From positions 24,954-88,953 of IMG/VR virus record IMGVR_UViG_3300050120_000115: a stretch of 64,000 nucleotides of DNA. The stretch is one strand, 5' to 3'. This DNA is from a virus. This document shows, one piece after another, positions 21,451 to 31,175 of the stretch; positions within the stretch are counted from its first letter, which is position 1; every line of letters starts with the position of its first letter. Both the position numbers and the translations under genes were made by a program. Below the pieces are notes generated by a model. It had not been told where the DNA came from. It searched no databases and worked only from the letters and a program-made list of their open reading frames with translations.

Positions 21451-22130
21451 TGGGACTTTTATTAGAAAAGTTACCTACCAGTGGGGTAACGGGACCATGG
21501 CATCTCATCTTTGACGAAGAGTTTAATGGGTCATCTCTCAACACTAATCGATGGACCCCATACTGGTTTAGCAATGGAAATGTTGTCAACAATGTTAACT
21601 GTTACTCTGCCAATGTATCTGTTACTCCTGCTCACGGCCTGGAGCTATTATTAGCTGGTGCTAACAGTGGATCGGTGGTAAGCTCCAATCCTAGTACCAA
21701 TCCGGTCGGCTTTCAGTTCACCTATGGATACGTAGAGTCTCAGATAACCTTCCCTAATAATAATGACTGGTCTGCAGGATGGATATTGGGGAACCCTTAT
21801 CCAAGTGGTGAATTTGACTATGCGGAAACAGATATACCAAATGAACTTACTGTAGGTAACTACCATTATGGAACCGGTGACGGCACAGCCGTTAACGACC
21901 CATCTCCAATATCTGGAGCCTTAGGAGTAAGTCACGTATTCGGTCTTGACTGGCAACCCAACCAGGCAAATTTTTATTATGATGGAACGCTCCACCATTC
22001 CATTACCGGATCAATTATTGTCAGCACTCCTCAGTACCTAATCTTCAACCACGGGGCAACATCATCAAGTGATGCTTCGGGGGCTGGATCAAAAGTTACC
22101 GTTAGATACGTTAGGGTTTGGCAACACTAG
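21450..22130 (+). CDS. Glycoside hydrolase family 16 protein
   Basis: W.LIFDEEF.G..L...W, FTYGYVE, catalytic E-F-D-Y-A-E, HVFGLDW, YVRVWQ. Start probably the TAGTG-coupled GTG at 21450. Confidence 0.85.
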   Translation: MGLLLEKLPTSGVTGPWHLIFDEEFNGSSLNTNRWTPYWFSNGNVVNNVNCYSANVSVTPAHGLELLLAGANSGSVVSSNPSTNPVGFQFTYGYVESQITFPNNNDWSAGWILGNPYPSGEFDYAETDIPNELTVGNYHYGTGDGTAVNDPSPISGALGVSHVFGLDWQPNQANFYYDGTLHHSITGSIIVSTPQYLIFNHGATSSSDASGAGSKVTVRYVRVWQH

Positions 22131-23485
22131 TGACAATAGGTACTGGGTATTATGGTGAAGGATATTTTGGTGGTACGGACCTTTCGTACATAATCCCGTC
22201 TTCCCCCGCGCCCGGATTACCGTCTAGTTACACTACTAATCAGATTTATTCAGCAATGCCTCAGTTCGTCCAGGACCAGGACGCTGCACTGGGTTACCCG
22301 TTCTATTACTATTTATACGGAGTCTGTCAGTCACTAGACAAACTTGACAATCTAATGTTTGATAACGTTGGTGCTGGTATCACCGTTATGCCGACCTCTA
22401 TTTCGGGAACTCAAATAACACCAGGTAAAATTTCTTTACCAGTTGCGATTTCTGATTATGTGATAAATGTTTTCAATACTGATAGTACTTGGAATCAGAT
22501 AAATACCACGTCCAACTTCACCGTTAGAATAGAAAACGAAATCATACTTGTCTCTGGTGGAGCTTATAATTGGACACTTCCAAGTCTACAATTATATGTC
22601 GTACAGCGTGGGTACGAAAATACTTCTGCAGCTATTCACGCTGCTAGCTCTGGGGCTAACGGGACCACTGATCTTGTCAATTACGCTGGAGCTGTCGGTT
22701 GGTCACAAATCTTGGACATCAATCGTTGTCCTTCATACGCCCTTCCGTGGCTCGCACAATTTATTGGGTCGGGGATACCTCAAAATACGACGCTAACGTA
22801 TCAACAGATGATACAGAAGATGCAGGCTCGCTCAGGATTTCAGAGAGCAACGGTGTCCTCTATCATTGCAGAGATGGTGGCGGTTATTAATGCGCAGTCT
22901 GGTTCTATGTCTCCTATTTCCGCCGCGCAAATTATTGTACTCGAAAACACTGGTGTTCTAGCATCTCGTGGCGCTAATCTAAATGCCGCAATCGCTACGA
23001 CTGGTGCCACCTCTATGGTGCTGACCAACACAGATTCCTCTTGGGGAGATCTGGGAAGTAATGGAAGTTTCGTGGTGCAGATTGATGGCGAAAAGATTCT
23101 AGTACCTCAAGGTCTGTATAACTGGCTTTCGGCCCCGGTAACCATAACTGGAATAACAAGAGGCTATGGTGGGACTGGTGCAGCCACTCACACAGTAGGT
23201 ACTCAAGTCACTCTCGCTGGTGGTAATGACATTTATGGATTCAATGAGTACGCCATGACAATACTGATCCCGTCATCGTACTACGACCTGTATACATACA
23301 CCGGTCTAGTAGCAGCAGCGGGTGGCGCGGGAACCTATACGGCAGTCAATACCTTCATCGGGACACTCGGTGGAATCTACGGAGATCTGTCGGGCTCCTC
23401 TCTTCCATCATCAAGTTCTAATTTTGTTAACTTTCTATATCGTTACAGACCCGCAGGTCTTCAATGCTTCGTTGGTGGTTACTAG
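22130..23485 (+). CDS. Baseplate wedge/tail protein (P2 gpI-like) with inserted repeats
   Basis: LD...CP..ALPWLAQF.G gpI motif and terminal RYRPAG; two inserted I(D/E).E.ILV...RGY..T.A..H modules. Confidence 0.7.
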   Translation: MTIGTGYYGEGYFGGTDLSYIIPSSPAPGLPSSYTTNQIYSAMPQFVQDQDAALGYPFYYYLYGVCQSLDKLDNLMFDNVGAGITVMPTSISGTQITPGKISLPVAISDYVINVFNTDSTWNQINTTSNFTVRIENEIILVSGGAYNWTLPSLQLYVVQRGYENTSAAIHAASSGANGTTDLVNYAGAVGWSQILDINRCPSYALPWLAQFIGSGIPQNTTLTYQQMIQKMQARSGFQRATVSSIIAEMVAVINAQSGSMSPISAAQIIVLENTGVLASRGANLNAAIATTGATSMVLTNTDSSWGDLGSNGSFVVQIDGEKILVPQGLYNWLSAPVTITGITRGYGGTGAATHTVGTQVTLAGGNDIYGFNEYAMTILIPSSYYDLYTYTGLVAAAGGAGTYTAVNTFIGTLGGIYGDLSGSSLPSSSSNFVNFLYRYRPAGLQCFVGGY

Positions 23486-23505
23486 TGGAAATTAAGGAAT
23501 ACTAA

Positions 23506-24216
23506 ATGGCCTCGGGCTCTACTTCAAGACTACACGTACCCTATCCGGTTAATGCGGACACCGCTAACATCGCGTCCGACATGGAAGCGATTGCTAACTA
23601 TATTGATGGAAACCTCATTCCATACTACCAGGGAGCTACGTTCGTTGGAACTCCAGTAAGCGGAAACTTCTGGTGGAACACTACTGCGGGAACTTCGTAT
23701 GGACTCAATTATTACGATGGCTCATCGTGGCATTCTGTTAGTGCTGTATCTACTTCCTTTTCTGGAACTGCGGCGAACCGCTCCTCAATTGTCCCCTCCC
23801 CCGTTCTTGGAAATTTCTACTGGGCAACTGACACTACCGTTCTTTCTTTTTACACCGGGGCAGGGTGGGTAGTAGTAGGAAGCACCACGGTAAATGGACA
23901 AGACATTGCTATCTCTACCATCAACACCTGGCAGTCAGTAGCAACCTTAACTCCTGCAGCTAATGGACTCTATCAAGTAATCGCGTGTTTTGATGTGAAC
24001 TCAGGCACACCCACCGTAGGGGTGCAGGTACTCTACGCAGACGCAAACGGCGCGCAGACACTATCAATAGCCCCAACTGGTTCTGCACTCAGCGCTGGAG
24101 GGTGGTCGTCATTGACGGCGCTCATTTCTGCACATACCGGAACGTCCATTTCACTTCAGGTACAAGCATCGACAACGAGCAACATCACGGCTAGCGGATT
24201 TATAGAGGCGGTATAA
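23506..24216 (+). CDS. Tail fibre/minor tail protein
   Basis: T.RL..PYP...D N-terminus and two G.F(W/Y)W.T....L.(Y/F)Y.G..W repeats. Confidence 0.65.
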   Translation: MASGSTSRLHVPYPVNADTANIASDMEAIANYIDGNLIPYYQGATFVGTPVSGNFWWNTTAGTSYGLNYYDGSSWHSVSAVSTSFSGTAANRSSIVPSPVLGNFYWATDTTVLSFYTGAGWVVVGSTTVNGQDIAISTINTWQSVATLTPAANGLYQVIACFDVNSGTPTVGVQVLYADANGAQTLSIAPTGSALSAGGWSSLTALISAHTGTSISLQVQASTTSNITASGFIEAV

Positions 24217-24617
24217 TGAGCGGCGGAATAATTCTTCCAGAACCCTCTGTAGTGGCCTTAATAACATCCGGTGGGACCATCGAAGGCCCTGGTGGACTCT
24301 CTGGAATTTTCAACGGTGCGATAACAATGTCAGTGGCCAGCACTTGGTACCAATTATCGTCGGCTTCACTTACTCCCGGAACTTATCTAGTCTTGTTCAG
24401 CGGAGTGGTCAGTCCTAACTATTTGTTGTCAATGACACTATCGCTGACTAGTGCAGCATCATCGAGTTCGTGGTCAGTTACATCCATAGGATACGCGAAC
24501 GTAGCAATCGTAAAGGTTGTAACCACCACAACTATCTATATGAATGGCTCCATCTCTTCCATTGCCTCTGGCGCAGGGGCTGGGTATGGAACTATTATCG
24601 CTACATGTATTCTCTAA
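24216..24617 (+). CDS. Hypothetical fibre-associated beta protein
   Basis: 133 aa, TAATG-coupled, Ser/Thr-rich, LTPGTYLV pattern. Confidence 0.5.
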   Translation: MSGGIILPEPSVVALITSGGTIEGPGGLSGIFNGAITMSVASTWYQLSSASLTPGTYLVLFSGVVSPNYLLSMTLSLTSAASSSSWSVTSIGYANVAIVKVVTTTTIYMNGSISSIASGAGAGYGTIIATCIL

Positions 24618-24626
24618 AGGAAAACA

Positions 24627-25385
24627 ATGACAACTCAAGATAGCCGACCGGCTCAACTAGCGTGGCTCAAGTGGGCCGCTGCTAACCCTCACCTATTCAT
24701 CTATTCTGAGGGTGCCAATCGCATGTCCGCCATTGGCGTATGGCCATTAAGCTTTCCGATCACCGCCGACTGCTCAGGATTCGATACATGGATTCCGTGG
24801 GTTGCTGGAGGAAATGATCCGAACGGACTCGGGTTCGACCACCAGGGGTTCACGGGAACTCTTTTGTCACATGAAGAACACCTAGCACTATGGATGCGTA
24901 ATTCTAAAAACCAATTAGTTGAAGACGTTATTCCGGGAGATTTAGTTGTTTATGGCCCCGGTACAGGGGAACACGTCGCGATGATCGTTGAAGTTCACAA
25001 CAATGATATCTTAACAATAAGCTTTGGTGACAGTCAAGGACCTATATATACTTGGGTAAATCCACCTACTACCGTTTCTTCTCGTGGCTACGAAAGCGAT
25101 GGACGCCAGCCTCAAACGTACCTAGCTAATGTCACTGAGACTACGCGCCCACTTCGTACTCCTGCTGACTTGTTTGCTAATCCAACAGCCAAGGAACTCG
25201 CAGTGGCTGGTCTCGTTTATCTTACCGGTCCCCCCGAAGCGAAGATTGCCCAGGGCAACAAGTGGCCTATCTATTATTTCTACGACGGAAAGTTTTATAT
25301 TGTGCATCCCAATATGCCTGTTGGCACCGAAGAATACGCATCGAAGAATTACAAAACTCCAAATCATGCAGTAAGTGAGGAGTAA
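24627..25385 (+). CDS. Endolysin, NlpC/P60-type cysteine amidase/peptidase
   Basis: Y-S-E-G..R...ADCSGF, PGDLVVYG...HVAM catalytic Cys/His; first gene after the tail module. Confidence 0.75.
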   Translation: MTTQDSRPAQLAWLKWAAANPHLFIYSEGANRMSAIGVWPLSFPITADCSGFDTWIPWVAGGNDPNGLGFDHQGFTGTLLSHEEHLALWMRNSKNQLVEDVIPGDLVVYGPGTGEHVAMIVEVHNNDILTISFGDSQGPIYTWVNPPTTVSSRGYESDGRQPQTYLANVTETTRPLRTPADLFANPTAKELAVAGLVYLTGPPEAKIAQGNKWPIYYFYDGKFYIVHPNMPVGTEEYASKNYKTPNHAVSEE

Positions 25386-25955
25386 ATGCTCATGCTTATC
25401 CACTTATTCGGCGGTTCGTATACAGCCTTAAATTATGTAGCAGACCTTATTACGGTGCTTGGTGCATTCTATGCAGGATACAGATTTTTCGAAAGCCGCC
25501 AGATCAAACGCCAAGAGAAGAAAGACAAAAAAGAAAAAGAAGAACTTATCGCTACTGTAAACACAGTAGTAGATGCTAGCGTCATCAAACTAATGACTAG
25601 CGTAGATTCCCTCGTTGAAAAAAGCGTCAAAGAAGAGCTGGCTGAAGTTAACGACAAGATTAAAAATCATGGTGAGATGTTACATCGCGTTGAACACGAA
25701 GTTACTTTTAATGACGGATCAAGTATGAAAGACTCTCAAAAGCGAACCGAAGCGTTGCTTAATAAGATGGCCATTGCCGTTGATGCTGTTCATGATACCC
25801 AAATTCGCCGCGAGCAAGATCAAAAAGCTCAATCAGAAACTCTTGAAAAGATTGATAAACGAGGTGAGGCTAACGCCAATGCTATTAACAGGGTTTCTAA
25901 TACCCTGGCTGGTCACCTTGGTGCCCACGAAGGGCTTCCGGGGGAAAACAACTAG
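25386..25955 (+). CDS. Lysis-cassette membrane protein with coiled coil
   Basis: One N-terminal TM helix, then EV..N.GSSMKD motif typical of actinophage lysis-cassette proteins. Confidence 0.55.
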   Translation: MLMLIHLFGGSYTALNYVADLITVLGAFYAGYRFFESRQIKRQEKKDKKEKEELIATVNTVVDASVIKLMTSVDSLVEKSVKEELAEVNDKIKNHGEMLHRVEHEVTFNDGSSMKDSQKRTEALLNKMAIAVDAVHDTQIRREQDQKAQSETLEKIDKRGEANANAINRVSNTLAGHLGAHEGLPGENN

Positions 25956-26311
25956 TGACTTTTCTCTTGCTGGCCTGTGTGGCCGCGCTTGCTATGGTGG
26001 TTCAAGACATCTTGGGCATCGTTCTTCTTCTTGCCGCCACTCGAAATCGTGGCTCACTCGCGGGGATAATGGATAGCCTTCAGTGGTTAGTTGGAATCAC
26101 CACTACTACCATTTCTGTTTCGGTTTTACAAGGTCATTCTCTATATGAGAAAGCCGTCGTAATAGTTTTAGTAACCCTCGCCAACTTTTTTGGGACGGTA
26201 TGGGGAGAGAAATTGGGAACGCACTTTGTCAAAGACAAGGGGCGACGCACCCACGAAGAACGCCTAAAAGCCTTAGAGATGTACGTAGAGAATAATAACC
26301 ATAGTGGATAG
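25955..26311 (+). CDS. Putative holin / multi-TM membrane protein
   Basis: About 3 hydrophobic segments with a charged C-tail; next to the endolysin. Confidence 0.5.
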   Translation: MTFLLLACVAALAMVVQDILGIVLLLAATRNRGSLAGIMDSLQWLVGITTTTISVSVLQGHSLYEKAVVIVLVTLANFFGTVWGEKLGTHFVKDKGRRTHEERLKALEMYVENNNHSG

Positions 26312-27059
26312 AGGGATAATGACCGAACTGTTAGATGGACGTAAGGCTGGTAAGCTGGGTAAGCTACCTGGACAGCAACTTCTGACCACCACCCTACGCG
26401 ACTATATGAAGGGTGGCCTTCCTACTGCTCCCGCATCAGTTGACTACGGTCCTCGTGTTTCTAACTACCCCATGGCAGACAATGATAGACTTGGCTGCTG
26501 CACGTACTCTGGAATTATCCATCTTCTTCAGCTGCAGTATGCTGAAATTGGAGAAGAGTTTACTTATCCGGGAGATGAAGAAGTACAAGTAGAATACTTT
26601 GCCGAGACCGGTGGGCAAGATAGCGGCTGTGTAGAGACTTCTGTTCTTCAAAAATGGTCAGGGCCTGGACTCTTTGGAACCAAGGCTGCTGCATGGGTGC
26701 CGATCAATGTTCGTGATAAGAATGAGATGCAGGCTGCTATCTATCTATTCGGTGGAGTTTACCTTGGTGTAGAATTACCACAGAGTGCTGAATCTCAGTT
26801 CGAGGCTCAACAGCCGTGGCATCTCACGATCCCCCGTGGAAAACCAGTCGGCGGTCATTGTATTGTTGGGTCAGGATACAACCGTGAAGGTATAGACATC
26901 ATCACATGGGGCAAAGAAACAACCATGACATGGGACTGGTGGGAATACTACGGTTCGGAAGCATACGCTGTCATTCCTCAAGTATTTGTTGAGGCCGACC
27001 ACGGCCCCGTCTACCGAATTGCCATTGACCAACTACAGGCTGATTTGAAACTTCTCTAA
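26304..27059 (+). CDS. Papain-like (C1-related) cysteine peptidase
   Basis: NDRLGCCT (catalytic Cys), GGHCI..GY and ITWG motifs. Confidence 0.65.
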   Translation: MDRGIMTELLDGRKAGKLGKLPGQQLLTTTLRDYMKGGLPTAPASVDYGPRVSNYPMADNDRLGCCTYSGIIHLLQLQYAEIGEEFTYPGDEEVQVEYFAETGGQDSGCVETSVLQKWSGPGLFGTKAAAWVPINVRDKNEMQAAIYLFGGVYLGVELPQSAESQFEAQQPWHLTIPRGKPVGGHCIVGSGYNREGIDIITWGKETTMTWDWWEYYGSEAYAVIPQVFVEADHGPVYRIAIDQLQADLKLL

Positions 27060-27586
27060 TGTACCAGCCTAAGCCGGGGGATCTAGTTTTAGCAAGAACA
27101 GCTACTCTCTATGGAAAAATGATTCGAGCTGCACAAGCTCTTCGATGGTGGCAAGGACGCGACTGGAATCACGCAGCCATAGTCGTCAAGGTTGATACAG
27201 ATGGAACAGTATGGTGTCTCCAAATGACGAAGAATTGTAACCTAGTTAAAATAGAAGATGTTGCCAAAAATGGACACGTAAAAATAGTTCCGATCCCTGC
27301 AGACTTAGATGCAGATCGTGCTGTGGCATATGCTTATCTTCAGCTAGGTATTGATTACGGAGTGGGAACGATAGTAAGTGTTGCCGTTAATCTTGCCCTA
27401 CCCCGATTCTTAAATTTCGACTTTACACGCCCCGGAACCCTAATTTGTTCTGGGCTTGTAGCAAGAAGTTGGGAACACGGTGGATGGAACTGCCCCGTTG
27501 ACCCGTTTCAAATTACACCTGGTCAATTCGACCAAATTATGGGCGGCGGAGGAATCCCCGTCTACTATCCCCTTCATAAAGGATAA
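27059..27586 (+). CDS. Permuted papain-like amidase (YiiX/YaeF-like)
   Basis: PGDLVL...WNHAAI (His first), LG.DY, ICSGLV (Cys later): circularly permuted NlpC/P60 order. Confidence 0.75.
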   Translation: MYQPKPGDLVLARTATLYGKMIRAAQALRWWQGRDWNHAAIVVKVDTDGTVWCLQMTKNCNLVKIEDVAKNGHVKIVPIPADLDADRAVAYAYLQLGIDYGVGTIVSVAVNLALPRFLNFDFTRPGTLICSGLVARSWEHGGWNCPVDPFQITPGQFDQIMGGGGIPVYYPLHKG

Positions 27587-27588
27587 AC

Positions 27589-28230
27589 ATGACTGCTTTC
27601 GATCCCCTAAACCCCAAGTACCCAACACAGGTGCTGTACGACCCTATCAATAATCAGTTCGTCTATTGGAACGGCCAGCAGAACGTTGTGGCACCTATCA
27701 ATGTACAGGCGGCTCAGTCGGCTTTGACTGTTTCCAGCACTAGCGGAACCTACGGAACCGTACTTACCCTGGCTACTAGCGGTGGAACCACCAGTGGAAC
27801 CGTTACGTATGTGCTCAATAACGCTGGATCAGCGAACGCGAGTATTACTGGAAGTGGTACCACCTTAACGGCCACTACCGCAGGAACCTGCACCATTACG
27901 GCTACCATGGCTGGAGATACCGACCATATTGCGGTTAGTTCTGCTCCCACAACCGTAACCTTTGCTAAGGCTTCACAAGGTGCGCTCACACTCACCAGCA
28001 CAACTGGCGTCCACGGTACTCCTCTCACCTTAACTTCTAGCGGCGGTAGCGGAACTGGTGCGGTTACTTACGCCATTACATCTGCCGGAACTGCAGGTGC
28101 AACTTTGAGCAACGGGGGAACGAAGCTTAACGGAGCAACTGCCGGAACCTGCACAGTTACCGCAACCAAAGCAGCTGACATTGACTACACTACGGTTAGC
28201 TCTACTGCTACGACTGTGACATTCTCATAG
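27589..28230 (+). CDS. Protein with two tandem Ig-like repeats
   Basis: Two ~85 aa repeats Q.ALT..ST.G..GT.LTL..SGG...GTCT(I/V)TAT.A.D...SS..TTVTF. Confidence 0.7.
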   Translation: MTAFDPLNPKYPTQVLYDPINNQFVYWNGQQNVVAPINVQAAQSALTVSSTSGTYGTVLTLATSGGTTSGTVTYVLNNAGSANASITGSGTTLTATTAGTCTITATMAGDTDHIAVSSAPTTVTFAKASQGALTLTSTTGVHGTPLTLTSSGGSGTGAVTYAITSAGTAGATLSNGGTKLNGATAGTCTVTATKAADIDYTTVSSTATTVTFS

Positions 28231-28667
28231 TGACGGACGTTACCCCAGCACACGACCAGGCATTCTCACATAGCTACTTAGTCCATTATCCCGCTCACCC
28301 GCCGCGAAAAAGTGACCCTCACTATAGGGACTTTGAAGCCTATCGCAAGTCCCATGTGAAGACTGCTAAATGTGCCATTGGTGAGCATCGTAATGATTAC
28401 TCCGAATGTCAGGGTGGTCTAGAATTGCACCACGCGCACGTCGAGTTCAGCCTCCAGAACGGTGTAGACCTGAAATGGCTAGAGGTGGACTATCCAGGCA
28501 TATCTGATCCCAATACGGTTGGATCTTGGGTAGAATCTGGAGAAAATCTTATTTTCTTATGTGAGGGCCATCATCGCGGGGCGGGCGGAGTACATAATGC
28601 AAGTGCCTCAGACTATGAAGCTGAAAAGTATGTACGATCCCTCATTTCTCCTAAACCAAAAAACTAA
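28230..28667 (+). CDS. HNH-like His/Cys-rich protein
   Basis: C.IG...C.GGLELHH...NL..LC..HH...GVH pattern. Confidence 0.55.
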   Translation: MTDVTPAHDQAFSHSYLVHYPAHPPRKSDPHYRDFEAYRKSHVKTAKCAIGEHRNDYSECQGGLELHHAHVEFSLQNGVDLKWLEVDYPGISDPNTVGSWVESGENLIFLCEGHHRGAGGVHNASASDYEAEKYVRSLISPKPKN

Positions 28668-28817
28668 CTGCCCGTATGCGGTTTTTCCAGAGTGCCCTTT
28701 GTGTAGCGGGGAGATGGCTGCCGAACATGCACACTATAGATGTAAAAAATGTGGCTGGCGCGACGCGTGTTGCCAATAGTTTGTTGCGCCGAAGCGTAGA
28801 TAAAGGGAACACGACAA

Positions 28818-29246
28818 ATGGAAATCTATAACATCAACGTTACGGTAGCCTATGGCCAGCCAACAGACATCCCTCCCTACGTTAACTTCAGTGTCGTACC
28901 AGCTAACAGCGTCATTAAGGTGGCTCTGGCACTACCGTTTCAGTCTCTCGCTGGAGTAGTTGTTGACCCTGATGTTGTTACGATAGGGTTCATTCCTCCC
29001 GGCGTAGCGAATTCGGCACCCCCAACTCCGGTTACCTTCGTCTACACTAATGGTCAGTCGCCTCCAGATCCTACGTATACCGTGGTCAGGGATTCCGCTG
29101 GGAACTACCATGCCCAGTTTGACATTACTTCCTATCCTACCGGATCTTGGAAGGTTTTCATTTCCGGCGCGCCAGGTACCAGCGGACTTGACACCACTAA
29201 AACTAAAATCTATTATGATCAGGGATTTATAGTTTCTGCATACTAG
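28818..29246 (+). CDS. Hypothetical Ig-like protein
   Basis: 142 aa with RBS; VDP..VT...G.Y......G.W beta-sandwich pattern. Confidence 0.5.
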   Translation: MEIYNINVTVAYGQPTDIPPYVNFSVVPANSVIKVALALPFQSLAGVVVDPDVVTIGFIPPGVANSAPPTPVTFVYTNGQSPPDPTYTVVRDSAGNYHAQFDITSYPTGSWKVFISGAPGTSGLDTTKTKIYYDQGFIVSAY

Positions 29247-29264
29247 AATTAATAAAGAAAAGAC

Positions 29265-29316
29265 TTGATTAATCCTCACTTTTGTGCTACACTGGTAGTC
29301 GGAGGTGAGGATTTTG
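29265..29316 (+). promoter_or_regulatory. SigA promoter embedded in an RBS-sequestering/terminator hairpin
   Basis: TTGATT(29265)-17-TACACT(29288) with extended TG; stem 29271-29290 pairs with 29295-29313. Confidence 0.6.
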
Positions 29317-29319
29317 TCT

Positions 29320-29583
29320 ATGTCGGACCTAAGCGCGTTCAAGGCCATAGAGCCTGATACTAAATGTACCATCGGACGATTGCCATTCACTGATGAGCAA
29401 AGAATCATATTTGATCTAGTGATGGAAGCCGACCGCTTTGAGTTCCCAGCGGCACGAATCATTGAGGTTATGAATGACGACTGGGGATTAGAGGTAGGCG
29501 TAACTACCCTCAAGCAGCACCGCCGTAAGAAATGCGCATGTTTTAAGGGCAATCCAGCCCCAAATCAGGAGAAAAATGACTAA
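29320..29583 (+). CDS. Small HTH-like/Zn-binding protein
   Basis: GGAGGTGAGG RBS then ATG 29320; C...HRR..C.C pattern often seen upstream of phage phosphoesterases. Confidence 0.5.
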   Translation: MSDLSAFKAIEPDTKCTIGRLPFTDEQRIIFDLVMEADRFEFPAARIIEVMNDDWGLEVGVTTLKQHRRKKCACFKGNPAPNQEKND

Positions 29584-30910
29584 AGATCTCTCGCAGTTTC
29601 GCCGTCCTGAAGGTTCTAAGAAGGACAAAAGTTCTACGTCACTAAATTGGGGTAAGAATGGTAACGCATCTGCAATTTTTTCCGGGGGCACAGAAATACC
29701 AACGGACGCAGACATTCGTGCGCTGCTTGAAAGAGTTGGCAAGAACCCAGAAGACTACAATTGGGAAATAGTATCTGTATCTTGGAACTCTGCCTCTTGG
29801 CACCGTACTGAAGATGTGGCGGCCCAGTCAGTAAAGCACAGTGCGTTTACTGCACCCTCATGTGTAGTGAATATTAAGATTGCTCCTAAGTCTGAAGACG
29901 GGGACATGACGGTAGAGATTCGTCAGGCTCCCCCGCTAAAGGTGAGCGTTCAATCTACTAATCGTCTTCCTAAGCGTCGTACATCGGACTCTCTTAATTG
30001 TGCCGTCATTTACGCCGACTCGCAAATTTGGTACTGGTGTGATGTAAATGGTGTATGGCACCCTACCCATGACGAAGCGGCCTTAGATATTGGACTTCAG
30101 ATTACTGCAGATGTAGAGGCGGAGCACGGCATTGATGTCATGGTTGACCTTGGAGACCTGGGCGACTTTCCTGTTGTATCCACACATCCTTCCCCGCTTG
30201 CCATGACTCTACACGCAAGCACGAATATGTCTGTTGCAAGAATCTCTCGCCTCATGGCAGAGCGTACCGCACTTAGTCCTAATGCAGAGATGCGCCGCTG
30301 GTTGCGTGGCAATCATGAACAGAGGTGGTCAGACTGGCTGGCTAATAATGCACCTCACTTGGTTGGGCTCAAGAGGGCCGGAGAAGATGACCATCTTCCT
30401 ATCCTAAGCCTTCAGTATCTTACAAGGTCAGAAGAATTGGGTTGGACACTGGGGGAGAGAAGTTATCCAAATGATATTTTCTGGCTCAATGAAAACACTC
30501 GATGCATTCATGGCACTCTCGGAAATACTCAGGTAGGAACTACCCTCAACAAATACTTACAGGAAGAAGTCAACACTATCGCAGGGCACACACCCCACGC
30601 AGGGCTGGCCTATAGAACTATCGCACGTCAGAACGGACCGCGCACGTACATCGCTTGTACTCCCGGAGGCTTTATGCGCCGCGACGGAATGGTACCATCA
30701 GGTAACAATAAGAACACCGACATGGGTCAACCTAGCCAGAGCGATGGAGTCGGTTGGGAGCAGGGTATGGCAATCGTTTTTTACACTCCCGGCGCGGGGA
30801 TAACGGTTCCACAGATAGAACACATTCCAATCTTCGACGGAAAGGCCGTATGGAGAGGTAAGGTATACACTGCTCGCTGTGACGTGGACGGTAACCCGTT
30901 AGATGTCTAG
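29576..30910 (+). CDS. Calcineurin-like metallophosphoesterase (MRE11-like, actinophage type)
   Basis: ADSQ, LGDLGD, GNHE, IHG and GHTPH metal motifs; WEQG. Confidence 0.75.
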   Translation: MTKDLSQFRRPEGSKKDKSSTSLNWGKNGNASAIFSGGTEIPTDADIRALLERVGKNPEDYNWEIVSVSWNSASWHRTEDVAAQSVKHSAFTAPSCVVNIKIAPKSEDGDMTVEIRQAPPLKVSVQSTNRLPKRRTSDSLNCAVIYADSQIWYWCDVNGVWHPTHDEAALDIGLQITADVEAEHGIDVMVDLGDLGDFPVVSTHPSPLAMTLHASTNMSVARISRLMAERTALSPNAEMRRWLRGNHEQRWSDWLANNAPHLVGLKRAGEDDHLPILSLQYLTRSEELGWTLGERSYPNDIFWLNENTRCIHGTLGNTQVGTTLNKYLQEEVNTIAGHTPHAGLAYRTIARQNGPRTYIACTPGGFMRRDGMVPSGNNKNTDMGQPSQSDGVGWEQGMAIVFYTPGAGITVPQIEHIPIFDGKAVWRGKVYTARCDVDGNPLDV

Positions 30911-31175
30911 TCCTAAGTACGACGAAACTCGTAAAGTACAGAAGCCTCCTCTGGAGGACGTACTGAGTGTCAAGCGCAAGCGAGCGTGGCTACCTGCCCC
31001 AGAGGGCGACGTTCCCTGCGATGTGTGTGGACTGTTGTGTCCCCTGAATCTTTATGAAGGCTTCGAAACTATTCATATAACCTGTAGTTACGGAGTGTCG
31101 GGGAAGCGCTGGGTGAAGGAACGTGCTAAGAGACTAAAGGCTGCTATGTTAGCTGGGAATAGTCTCGGAATCTAG
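30903..31175 (+). CDS. Hypothetical Zn-finger protein
   Basis: CDVC...H.TC; overlaps the upstream stop. Confidence 0.5.
   Translation: MSSPKYDETRKVQKPPLEDVLSVKRKRAWLPAPEGDVPCDVCGLLCPLNLYEGFETIHITCSYGVSGKRWVKERAKRLKAAMLAGNSLGI

Noticed and set aside
28932-29552. 206-aa minus-strand ORF
   Set aside because: Antisense to two plausible plus-strand genes and their promoter; no recognisable motifs.
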